From an uncultured Clostridia bacterium (GTDB taxonomy: Bacteria; Bacillota; Clostridia; Christensenellales; Borkfalkiaceae): DNA of 30,204 nt. The notes below the pieces were generated by a model. The model had not been told where the DNA came from. It ran no database searches and saw only the letters and a program-made list of their open reading frames with translations. Shown piece by piece: positions 16,724 through 25,428 of this stretch (position 1 is its first letter; every line of letters starts with the position of its first letter). The position numbers and the translations under genes are program-made. The stretch is taken from positions 1-30,204 of the forward strand of contig CALVLO010000001.1 in assembly GCA_944338265.1 (NCBI GenBank). The letters run 5' to 3'.

Positions 16724-19252
16724 TTATTCGTAACTGAGCCCATCCTTTGCAAGATCGGCAAACTCACCGTTCGTATAATTATACGTCATCAAACGGAGAC
16801 CGCCAAATCCGTACAGGACATGATAGTTCTCGGTGTAGTAGCTGACCTGCTGGCTGAGGAGATACGAAGCAACCATTCCGCTGATCGGAATACGGAAGTA
16901 CTTGCCAAGGTACGCTTCCTCGAGCAATGCCGTGATCGCAAGCTTGACTTCGTTACTCGCGGCAGCGTATCTTCCGGAGCCGGACATGGAGTTGGACCAA
17001 GACTTCCACGACATCGTCACTTCTTCCGTCTCACCCGCGATAGCCTGTCCGTCCGCATCGACCTTGGGCACCTCCAGCGTAATGGTTTCCGTAGCAGGAT
17101 CCCAGCAACCAGCCTCGTTGATCGAATACTTCGAGGAATCCATGTACACCTGGAAGTTGCGGAACGGATACAGGAATGCGCCGCCCCATGCGCCCTGACC
17201 GATGGCGTACAAGCCCTGAGGAACAGCAGTGTAGGGATCGGGATCCTGCATGTTGCAGGTCTGCGAGAAGGTGATCGTGCCGAAGCCGCTGCCTTCTGCC
17301 GCCGCATTGATATACTTGTTGAGAAGTGCAAGCTGCGCCTGATCATCGGAATTCTGCGCGCCAAACTTCCAAGCGATGGCAATGTTGATGGGCTCGCCCG
17401 ACTTGTATTTGCCTGCAGCGACAAGCTCATCGCAAGCCTGCTTCATCAGCGCCTTTGCCTCGGTAAGGTTGTAGCCGTTGATGGAATTGTATGCCTCTTC
17501 GAGCGTCTTATACGTCTTGTCTGCACCATATTCAACGCCGTAGAGCTTGCAGATTGCCTCCATTGCCTCATCGGTGTTGCGGTAGACGGAGTTCTGATCG
17601 TTGTAAATATCGTAGTAATAAAGCTCGTTCATCAGAGAGTAAGCGGGCTTGTAGCCGGGCGTCGCCGTTACATACTCATCTCTGTTGATGGCAAGGCTCA
17701 TCGCCTTACGGAAGTTGGTGTTGCTGACGACGATGCAGTTCTTGTTCTTATCTTCCTTGCCGAGTTCGGTCAAAACCTTCTCGTTGGTGTTAAAGAAGAA
17801 GCTCATCGTATACGTCTCGTCTTCCTGATACAGGAAGTCGCTCATCTCGTAGGTGGAGAGCTGATCGGAAGCGGGCGTCCACGTTGTGAGTTCACCATTC
17901 ATGAAGGCTTGCTCCTGCGTAGCCGTATCCATCACATCGATGATGATATTCGTCGTCATATACTGACGGACGTTCTGCCCATTGATCTTCACGCTCGTGT
18001 GGGAGACGAGGTTACCGTTCTCATCGACGACGAGATCGCCGTTCTCATCTTTATCCCAACCATACCAATTCTCGTTCTGCTCGAACTTCATTTGGCGGCC
18101 TTCATCGTAGGACTCGAACTTATACACACCGTAAGACATGGTCGTCTCCAACGAGGTGCCGTAAGTCGTCGTCGTGAGCGCGCCCGTCGTCTCTTTGCCT
18201 GCCTCGTAGAGATCTTCGTAGACAAGCCAATTGGAGGTGAGCGACGTCATGAACGTGTTCAGCTCGATATACACGTTGTTGACATAGCGGATGGTATAAT
18301 CATCGACCTTATACAAGCCGACGCCATCGGCAAACTTCATCCCGTTATAGGGATTCTTCTCATAGAATACACCGACGTATGTGCTGTAATCGCCGCCGAC
18401 CTGCATATCATCAATATATTTTGTATAAAGATCGGCTGCCGAGACCCATGCGCCTTCCGCAGATTCATCCTCAACGGCTTCATCGCGGTACTTCGTCGTA
18501 TCTGTGATGGAAACATACTGCGGGCACTCTTTGCCGTTTGCATCCTTCATCCCCTCCAAACCGTAGAAGCTCCACATATCGAGCGTGATCTTCCACCCTG
18601 CCGCGATCGCATCTTCATTGGTTGCAAAATTGAGCCGCGTGATATTCCCCTTGTCATCGACCTCGACAAGCCGCGCCGTATCGAGGAAGATGGAAGCATC
18701 GGTAGAATAGTAATAATTGTATGCACCGGCAAGCTCGGATTCATCGGCAATATAGAGGTTTGCACGATAGTTCTTCATTTCGGGATTGAGCAGCTGCTGC
18801 ATGGAATAGACATAGTCATCGGCAGTGATCTGCTCGCCGTTTTCCCATTTTGCATTTTGATTGAGCTTGATCTCAAACACAAAGCCTGCTTCCGTCGTCT
18901 CCGCCGTCTTGCCCTTTTGCAGCCTGACGCCGTACTTTGTAAGATCATCCTTATGATCTTTCGTCACGTCCTCAACGGAAGTTGCCATCTCATACACCCA
19001 TTGGAACGTGCGCTCCTCGGAATCGAGAATCGTCATATCCACGAAGGGCGACGTGAGGTAGGTAAGGAGCTCGCTATCTACATTCGTCTCCCATGCGTGC
19101 GGGTTCCAATTCGTCGCAAGTCCGGTCGTTGCAGTGCGGTAGGTGTACCCTTTCGGATCCGCTACCCCGCCGCAGCCGGCTGCGACAAGCGCCACGGAAG
19201 TCGTCATGCAGGCGGCAAGCGCTACTGTTGCGATCTTCGATCTTTTGTTCAT
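16724..19252 (-). CDS. oppA: Family-5 peptide-binding lipoprotein OppA, unusually long (842 aa)
   Basis: Lipoprotein signal ending VAAG-C, ITADDYVYS, NFRKAMSLAINR; first gene of the opp operon. Confidence 0.88.
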   Translation of the reverse strand: MNKRSKIATVALAACMTTSVALVAAGCGGVADPKGYTYRTATTGLATNWNPHAWETNVDSELLTYLTSPFVDMTILDSEERTFQWVYEMATSVEDVTKDHKDDLTKYGVRLQKGKTAETTEAGFVFEIKLNQNAKWENGEQITADDYVYSMQQLLNPEMKNYRANLYIADESELAGAYNYYYSTDASIFLDTARLVEVDDKGNITRLNFATNEDAIAAGWKITLDMWSFYGLEGMKDANGKECPQYVSITDTTKYRDEAVEDESAEGAWVSAADLYTKYIDDMQVGGDYSTYVGVFYEKNPYNGMKFADGVGLYKVDDYTIRYVNNVYIELNTFMTSLTSNWLVYEDLYEAGKETTGALTTTTYGTSLETTMSYGVYKFESYDEGRQMKFEQNENWYGWDKDENGDLVVDENGNLVSHTSVKINGQNVRQYMTTNIIIDVMDTATQEQAFMNGELTTWTPASDQLSTYEMSDFLYQEDETYTMSFFFNTNEKVLTELGKEDKNKNCIVVSNTNFRKAMSLAINRDEYVTATPGYKPAYSLMNELYYYDIYNDQNSVYRNTDEAMEAICKLYGVEYGADKTYKTLEEAYNSINGYNLTEAKALMKQACDELVAAGKYKSGEPINIAIAWKFGAQNSDDQAQLALLNKYINAAAEGSGFGTITFSQTCNMQDPDPYTAVPQGLYAIGQGAWGGAFLYPFRNFQVYMDSSKYSINEAGCWDPATETITLEVPKVDADGQAIAGETEEVTMSWKSWSNSMSGSGRYAAASNEVKLAITALLEEAYLGKYFRIPISGMVASYLLSQQVSYYTENYHVLYGFGGLRLMTYNYTNGEFADLAKDGLSYE

Positions 19253-19386
19253 AAATGCCTCCCAAAAATTTTACGGCGCAAGCGCCGTCGTTTTTATTTT
19301 TATACTTCCCCCGATAGGGTTTTTTATTCGTGCGGATATCATCCGCACGAATACGGGGGCGCCCCCGTATTTGCGTATCTGAAAAT

Positions 19387-19415
19387 ATTTTACCCCCTTT
19401 TCACACATTTGTCAA
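19387..19415 (-). promoter_or_regulatory. sigmaA promoter of opp operon
   Basis: TTGACA (19415-19410), 17 bp, TAAAAT (19392-19387). Confidence 0.75.
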
Positions 19416-19554
19416 CGAATATTTCCGCAAAATTGCATTTTTCGCTTTTTCCGCCATGAAAAAGATGAATAGCAACCTTTCGTGTAAATTATAAACGCCG
19501 TAATTATACAATGCTTATATATTTTTGCAGCGGGCGAAATCCCGCCCGCAATAC

Positions 19555-19586
19555 GAAAAGAGGAACCCGCGCGGGGCTCCCCTTTC
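19555..19586 (-). terminator. Terminator of feo operon
   Basis: GAAAGGGGAGCCCC-GCGC-GGGTTCCTCTTTTC on the minus strand. Confidence 0.6.
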
Positions 19587-19593
19587 CGAAGAT

Positions 19594-19794
19594 TTATGGA
19601 GATTGTTGTGTAGGCTTTTTTGACTCTTTTCCGTCCGGTTTTTCCCTGTTGCAGGCTGCGCAGCCCGTACAGCCCGCGCAGCCGCCGCAGTCGCAGCCGG
19701 ATCTGCCCTGTTTTTTGCGGATGATCGCCCGAACGGCAACGCCGAGCACGACGGCACAAGCCGCAACGATGATGAGGATCTCGTACCAAGCCAT
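19594..19794 (-). CDS. FeoB-associated Cys-rich membrane protein
   Basis: N-terminal TM helix then CDCGGCAGCTGCAAC; directly after feoB. Confidence 0.85.
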   Translation of the reverse strand: MAWYEILIIVAACAVVLGVAVRAIIRKKQGRSGCDCGGCAGCTGCAACNREKPDGKESKKPTQQSP

Positions 19795-19797
19795 GGG

Positions 19798-22137
19798 TCA
19801 CTCCTTATCGGTAGTTTGGGCTGCGGCTGCCTCCTCGAAGGCGGCATCCGCCTCTGCCGCGGCCGCTTCCGCCAAGGGATGCTTTTTGTTCCAGAGGACG
19901 ATCCCCGTGACCGCCGCCGCAGCGAGCGCAAGGAAGATGAAGCACGTCCACCACCACGAACCGATGAGGTAGATCGCCGTAGAGACGACGTAGCTCGTGG
20001 CGAGCCAGAAGAGGAGCGTCCACTTGAACTTGCCCTTGGGAAGCTCCGCCCGCGCCGTGGCGCAAGCCGCAAAGCAGGGAATGGTGAGCATATTGAAGGC
20101 GATGAAGGCGATGAGTGCAGGCGTTGAGATGCCCGTGCCCTGGATCATGGCGGCGACTTCTGCAACGCCATCTTCCGTGGCGATGAGCGAACCCGCCACG
20201 ACGGCTGCGAGCGAGCCGAACGTTGCGATGACGTTCTCCTTCGCCACAAGCCCCGTGATCGCGGCGACCGCGAACACCCAGCCGAACTCCCTGCCGAGCT
20301 GCGAACCGAAGCCGAGCGGCGTGAAGAGCGGCTGAATGAGCATGCCGATGGAGCCCAGGATGCTCTCGTTCATCCGAAGGTTATCGCCGTTTTCATCGAT
20401 GAGGAACTCCCAGCTCCAGCTGAACGAAGAGAAGAACCAGATGATGATGGTCGAAGCCAAGATGATGGTGAACGCCTTTTTGATGTAGTGCTTGGTCTTA
20501 TCCCACAGGTGCACCATCAGGCTCTGAAAGCGCGGCGCGTGGTAGGCGGGAAGTTCCATGATGAAGGGCGGGACTTCGCCGCGCAGCGTCGTGGAGCGCA
20601 TGAGGATGACGGTTGCGATCGCCGTGCAGATACCCAAAAGGTACATGCACATGGTGATGACGTCTGCATTCCCCACGCCGGCAGCCGAGACGATGGCGCC
20701 CGCAACCGCCGTGAGGATGGGCAGCTTTGCCCCGCACGAGAAGAACGGGATGACGCGGATGGTCGTGGTGCGCTCCTTTTCGTCGGCAAGAGTACGGGTG
20801 TTGATCATGGCGGGCAGCGAGCAGCCGAAGCCCATCACCATGGGCATGAACGCCCTGCCCGAAAGCCCGAACTTGCGGAAGATGCGGTCGAGAATGAACG
20901 CAATGCGCGCCATGTAGCCGGTATCTTCCAAAATGGAGAAGAAGAGGAAGAGCGTTAAGATCTGCGGGATAAACCCGAGCACGGCAAACACGCCGCCCAG
21001 AACGCCATCCACCACAAAACTGCCCACCCACGGCGCGGCGTTGGCACAAGCCATTTCCGCAAGCACGTTGATCCATTCGAGCAGCCAATTCAGCAGATTG
21101 GTGAGGATGACGCCCGGGGAGAAGACTGCGCCGTCGTAAAAGCAGGCGAGCAGCGTCACGCCGCCGTTTTCCATATCCAGCCCGAGTTCTTCGAGCGTCG
21201 GGAGCCCGCCTGCCATCGCGCTGATGTAGAGGAAGTCCTCCGCAAAGGTGAGGTGGAAGATGGCAAACAGGATGACGATAAAGATGGGGATGCCCCAGAT
21301 GCGGTGCGTGAGCACCTTATCCACCTTGTCGCTCCCCGTGAGCTTCTCCCCCTTCGCGCCCTTGTGCGTATACGCGGTGGAATAGTTCGCCGAGATATAC
21401 TTGTAGCGCGCATCCGCAACGACGGCTTCGAGATCGGTGCCGAAGGTATCATCTTGGAAGGTCGCCTTGAAGGCATCCACCATCTGCACGAGTTCGGGGT
21501 GCATCTTCGTTTCGATCTCGTCCATCTCCGAAAGTTTGACCGCGTGGAAGAGCGGCGCACCCACCTTTTGCGCTTTGAGCGCGATATTCACATCCTGCAC
21601 GAGGTGTGCGATGGGCGAATCCTTGAGGACGGTGACGCCCTCGCGCGGCGTTTTGGAGACGGCGATGGCGCGATCCATCAGCTCTTTGATGCCCGTGCCT
21701 TTGAGTGCGGAGATGGCAACGACGGGCAGCCCGATCTTCTCCTCCAAGAGCTTGGCATCGATCTGATCGCCCGTCTTTTCCACCGCGTCCATCATGTTGA
21801 GCGCGATGACGAGGGGCACATCGATCTCCATGAGCTGCGTGGTGAGGTAGAGGTTGCGCTCCAAGTTGGTCGCATCCACGATGTTGATGACGCACGCGGG
21901 CTTTTCTTCGAGAATGAAGTTCCGCGAGATGACCTCTTCGGGCGTGTAGGGCGACAGCGAATAGATGCCGGGCAGATCGACGATCTGCACGGGCTCCGCG
22001 CCCTTTTTGTACGTGCCGACCTTTTTATCGACGGTGACCCCGGGCCAGTTCCCGACGTACGCCGTAGACCCCGTAAGGAGATTGAAGAGCGTGGTTTTCC
22101 CGCAGTTGGGGTTCCCCGCCAAGGCAAACTGCTTCAT
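19798..22137 (-). CDS. feoB: Ferrous iron transporter FeoB
   Basis: GNPNCGKTT, VGNWPGVT, DLPGIYSL, LNMMD, GFGCSLPA. Start MKQFAL overlaps the feoA stop (ATGA). Confidence 0.95.
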   Translation of the reverse strand: MKQFALAGNPNCGKTTLFNLLTGSTAYVGNWPGVTVDKKVGTYKKGAEPVQIVDLPGIYSLSPYTPEEVISRNFILEEKPACVINIVDATNLERNLYLTTQLMEIDVPLVIALNMMDAVEKTGDQIDAKLLEEKIGLPVVAISALKGTGIKELMDRAIAVSKTPREGVTVLKDSPIAHLVQDVNIALKAQKVGAPLFHAVKLSEMDEIETKMHPELVQMVDAFKATFQDDTFGTDLEAVVADARYKYISANYSTAYTHKGAKGEKLTGSDKVDKVLTHRIWGIPIFIVILFAIFHLTFAEDFLYISAMAGGLPTLEELGLDMENGGVTLLACFYDGAVFSPGVILTNLLNWLLEWINVLAEMACANAAPWVGSFVVDGVLGGVFAVLGFIPQILTLFLFFSILEDTGYMARIAFILDRIFRKFGLSGRAFMPMVMGFGCSLPAMINTRTLADEKERTTTIRVIPFFSCGAKLPILTAVAGAIVSAAGVGNADVITMCMYLLGICTAIATVILMRSTTLRGEVPPFIMELPAYHAPRFQSLMVHLWDKTKHYIKKAFTIILASTIIIWFFSSFSWSWEFLIDENGDNLRMNESILGSIGMLIQPLFTPLGFGSQLGREFGWVFAVAAITGLVAKENVIATFGSLAAVVAGSLIATEDGVAEVAAMIQGTGISTPALIAFIAFNMLTIPCFAACATARAELPKGKFKWTLLFWLATSYVVSTAIYLIGSWWWTCFIFLALAAAAVTGIVLWNKKHPLAEAAAAEADAAFEEAAAAQTTDKE

Positions 22138-22370
22138 TTCTTCTTCACCTCCATGGTCACGCATGCCGCCTCCGTCTTACGGAGCGTCAGCTCATAGCCG
22201 CGCAGGGTGATCTCGATGGGATCGCCGAGCGGCGCCTTCTTGCGCATCACGACTTCCGCCCCGGGCGTTACGCCCATATCGAACAGCCGCCTTCTGACGC
22301 GCCCCTCCCCCGCGACGGCGACGATGACGCCCTTTTCGCCGGGGACGAACTCCTCCAACAACTTTTGCAT
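22134..22370 (-). CDS. feoA: FeoA
   Basis: RRLFDMGVTPG...APLGDPIEITLRGYELTLRK. Confidence 0.92.
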   Translation of the reverse strand: MQKLLEEFVPGEKGVIVAVAGEGRVRRRLFDMGVTPGAEVVMRKKAPLGDPIEITLRGYELTLRKTEAACVTMEVKKK

Positions 22371-22411
22371 CGTACTCTATGTACCTCCCGAATAAAAAAT
22401 GCTTGCCTAAG

Positions 22412-22624
22412 TTATGCGACGTAAATGTGCGCCGCAACGTTCCGGTCGAGCGCGAGCCTGCCCTCTTTGACGCGGCAGACGGTACTCCCGCCCGCCGAGG
22501 AGAGCACGGTCACCCTCGCATCCACGAGAAGCCCCAAATTTGCAAGGTGCTTCTTCGTCTTTTCGTCTGCGACGATCTTTACGATCCTCACTTCCTGCCC
22601 GACGGGCGCAAGAACCAACGGCAT
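22412..22624 (-). CDS. feoA: FeoA (second copy)
   Basis: MPL..APVG...KHLANLGL...RLALD; start after RBS AAGGAG. Confidence 0.85.
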   Translation of the reverse strand: MPLVLAPVGQEVRIVKIVADEKTKKHLANLGLLVDARVTVLSSAGGSTVCRVKEGRLALDRNVAAHIYVA

Positions 22625-22657
22625 AAACGATCTCCTTTTCCGCCGCCCTCCGCGGCG

Positions 22658-22792
22658 GTGTTCGCACATGCGAACTCATCTTCTGAAAAAAGTGTTCGTC
22701 TCTGCGAACTACGGTCATATTCTATCACGGCGGAAAGGCGCTGTCAACTGTTTGAAGGGCATTTTTTCAAAAAAAGTTCGCCATTGCGAACT
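22658..22792. promoter_or_regulatory. feo promoter with three GTTCG-N6-CGAAC palindromes
   Basis: TTGACA (22747-22742), 17 bp, TGA-TAGAAT (22724-22719) on the minus strand. Palindromes at 22660-22675, 22694-22709 and 22776-22791. Confidence 0.7.
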
Positions 22793-22824
22793 TTTTTTGC
22801 GGGAAGCGCCTTCCCCGCTCTTTT

Positions 22825-24012
22825 TCAGTTTGCCGCCGTGGCGGAAAGCGCGCGGAAGAAGGCGTATACCTCCTCTTCCGAAGAAAAGCAGGCGATATAG
22901 CGGTAATCTCCCATGGCGGGAGCGAGCGCCCTGTCCACCTCGCCGTACTCTTTGAGGTTTGCCCCGTACCGCTGCAAGATCTCCGCGTGCGAGAGCGCAT
23001 AGCGGCGCCCGCTGCGCCGCCCGAGAAAGGCGCAGTAGAAGTGCTCGTTCTGATGGAGGGCGGGCGCCCTGCCCGCGATCATATCCGCCCAGATCTCGTA
23101 GACGTCTACGCCATTCGCGTAGTTCATCATATCGGGCGAGCAGCCGCCCGAGGGGCGCATGTTCACTTCGAGCGCGACGATCTCCCCCTGCTTGCCCAGG
23201 CGGCAACTCTGATTGAGGCGGAAAAACTCGAAGTGCACGAAGCGGCTCTTCACGCCGAACGCCTTCACTGCCGCCCTGCCCTTTCGGCGCACCTCTTCGG
23301 AGAGCTGCTTTACGATATAAAAACAGCTATCCGCATGCTCGTTGACGACATCCATCAAAGAATCGGGCGTCACGTTGCCCGTTTCGAAGACGGGCTGCCC
23401 GTCGCCGTCTATGATCGCATCGTAGGAGCAGATGGTGCCATCGACGAACTCCTCCATGATATAGCCCCTGTGTCCTTCGGCGAAAAAGCGGGAAAGCTCC
23501 GCCTCGGAGGAGATGCAATAGGTCGCGTTCGCGCCCACGCCGTTATCCGGCTTGACGACGACGCGCCCCGCCTCTTTGAGAAAGGCGGCGCACTTTGCCC
23601 TGTCATCTGCCATGCAATAGCGCGCCGCGGGGATGCCCGCCGCCTCGTAGCGCGCCTTCATTTTGGATTTGTATTTGACGGGCGGCATATCGGAAAAATG
23701 GAAGCCCGTTTGGATGTTGAAATCGTCGCGCAGGCGGGCGTTCTGTTCCAGCCAATACTCGTTGTTGCTCTCCAGCCAATCGATCTTGCCGTATTTGAAG
23801 GCGAAGAAGGCGACGGCGCGGTATACCTCGCCGTAATCTTCCAACGAATTTACCTTATAATACTCGGCGAGCGCGCCTTTGAGCTCGGGTCTGAGCGCAT
23901 CGTAGGGGCAATCCCCGATGCCGAGCACGCAAAACCCGCGCGCCTTGAGCGCCGCGCAGAACCGCCAATACCCTTCCGGAAAGTTGGGAGAAAGGAAGAT
24001 GAAATTGCCCAT
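22825..24012 (-). CDS. ATP-grasp carboxylate-amine ligase family protein
   Basis: VVKPDNGVGA, YIMEEFV, HFEFF and EVNMRP ATP-grasp motifs. Start MGNFIFLSPNFP; consensus promoter TTGACA (24123-24118), 17 bp, TATAAT (24100-24095). Confidence 0.85.
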   Translation of the reverse strand: MGNFIFLSPNFPEGYWRFCAALKARGFCVLGIGDCPYDALRPELKGALAEYYKVNSLEDYGEVYRAVAFFAFKYGKIDWLESNNEYWLEQNARLRDDFNIQTGFHFSDMPPVKYKSKMKARYEAAGIPAARYCMADDRAKCAAFLKEAGRVVVKPDNGVGANATYCISSEAELSRFFAEGHRGYIMEEFVDGTICSYDAIIDGDGQPVFETGNVTPDSLMDVVNEHADSCFYIVKQLSEEVRRKGRAAVKAFGVKSRFVHFEFFRLNQSCRLGKQGEIVALEVNMRPSGGCSPDMMNYANGVDVYEIWADMIAGRAPALHQNEHFYCAFLGRRSGRRYALSHAEILQRYGANLKEYGEVDRALAPAMGDYRYIACFSSEEEVYAFFRALSATAAN

Positions 24013-24166
24013 GCCATACCTCTTGCGGCTGCCGCCGAGCGCCCCTGCGCAGCCGCCCCGAACGGTGCGCCGCAGCGGGGCGCCGTTCAACGGTATTATA
24101 CCCCCGCGGGAAAAAATTGTCAATGCAGGGCAAAGAAATTCTTTCGACAAAAAGCGCGGCATTTTC

Positions 24167-24195
24167 TTGACAATCGTTTGACTTTGAGCTATACT
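24167..24195 (+). promoter_or_regulatory. sigmaA promoter of the GNAT gene
   Basis: TTGACA (24167-24172), 17 bp, TATACT (24190-24195). Confidence 0.75.
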
Positions 24196-24239
24196 GATTT
24201 TATCATATGATTTTATGACAAAATCAATTGGAGAGCCTC

Positions 24240-25358
24240 ATGATCGAAATCCAGGAAGTTGCCACGCGCAGACAGCGCAAGGCGTTCGTCAACTTTCCGC
24301 TCAAACTGTATAAGCACTGCCCCAACTTTGTTCCGCCGCTCTACGGCGACGAGATGCAGATCTTCCGCAAAGATTACCACTACTACGGCGAATCCGAGGC
24401 AGTTTACTACCTCGCCTACCGCGACGGAAAGGTGGTCGGGCGCATTTCGGGCATCTTGCAGCGCAAAGCCAACGATAAGTGGCAGCAAAAGCGCGTGCGC
24501 TTTACGCGGTTCGACTGCTTAGACGATCAGGAAATTGCCGCCGCCCTCTTTGCCGCCGTGGAGGCATGGGCAAAGCGCAAGGGCATGGAGGAAGTCGTCG
24601 GTCCCCTCGGCTTCTCCGATATGGAGCGCGAGGGCTTGCTCATTGAGGGCTTCGATCAGCTCGCGACATTTGAAGAACAGTACAACTACGATTACTACCA
24701 GCGCCTCATCGAGTCGCTCGGCTACGCGAAGGAAGTCGATTGGATCGAGCACAAGCTCTACCTGCCCAAGGAGATCGATCCCCATATCCACGAGATGCGC
24801 GAAAAGCTCATCAACCGCTATGAGCTGCACATGAGCGACGCCAAGACGACGCGCGACTTTATTAAAAAGTATAAAGACCGCTTCTTCCAGATGTACGACG
24901 AGACGTATGACCAGATCTACCAAGCCGTGCCCCTCAACGAGACGATGAAGAAGCAGCTCATTAAGAACTTCCGCCTCATCATCAATATCAAATATGTGGC
25001 GCTGCTGCTCGATAAAAACGAGAACCCCGTCTGCTTCGGACTGTGCTTCCCCTCCATTGCCAAAGCCGTGCAAAAATCGGGCGGGAAGCTGACGCTCCCC
25101 ACCATCTTCCGCATTTTGAAGGCGGTGAAAAAGCCCGAAGTCATCGATCTCGCGCTCGTGGGCGTGCTGCCCACCTACCGCGGCGCGAGCATCGTGATGG
25201 TGGATGAGCTCATGCGCATGCTCCAAGAGGGCACGGCAAAGCACTTGGAGACGCTTTTGAACCTCGAAGAAAACTACAATATCCACAATCTTTGGAAGAG
25301 CTTTGACTCCGTGCAGCACAAGCGCAGGCGCTGCTATGTGAAAAAGCTCACAGACTAA
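24240..25358 (+). CDS. YghO-like tandem-GNAT N-acyltransferase (resembles the bacterial ceramide synthase family)
   Basis: LAYRDGKVVGRI, VGPLGFSDMEREGLLIEGFD, YNYDYY, KEVDWIE and C-terminal HKRRR match my recollection of this family. Confidence 0.7.
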   Translation: MIEIQEVATRRQRKAFVNFPLKLYKHCPNFVPPLYGDEMQIFRKDYHYYGESEAVYYLAYRDGKVVGRISGILQRKANDKWQQKRVRFTRFDCLDDQEIAAALFAAVEAWAKRKGMEEVVGPLGFSDMEREGLLIEGFDQLATFEEQYNYDYYQRLIESLGYAKEVDWIEHKLYLPKEIDPHIHEMREKLINRYELHMSDAKTTRDFIKKYKDRFFQMYDETYDQIYQAVPLNETMKKQLIKNFRLIINIKYVALLLDKNENPVCFGLCFPSIAKAVQKSGGKLTLPTIFRILKAVKKPEVIDLALVGVLPTYRGASIVMVDELMRMLQEGTAKHLETLLNLEENYNIHNLWKSFDSVQHKRRRCYVKKLTD

Positions 25359-25374
25359 ACCCCATACAAACATT

Positions 25375-25405
25375 GCGCGCCCGCGGCTTTCCGCCGCGGG
25401 CGCGC
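25375..25405. terminator. Hairpin between convergent genes
   Basis: 12-bp perfect stem GCGCGCCCGCGG / CCGCGGGCGCGC. Confidence 0.65.
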
Positions 25406-25428
25406 TGCATTTTACCGTAAACGGCAAT

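Noticed and set aside
16688-19459. 923-aa antisense ORF over oppA
   Set aside because: In codon register with oppA; explained by avoidance of TTA/CTA/TCA codons on the coding strand.
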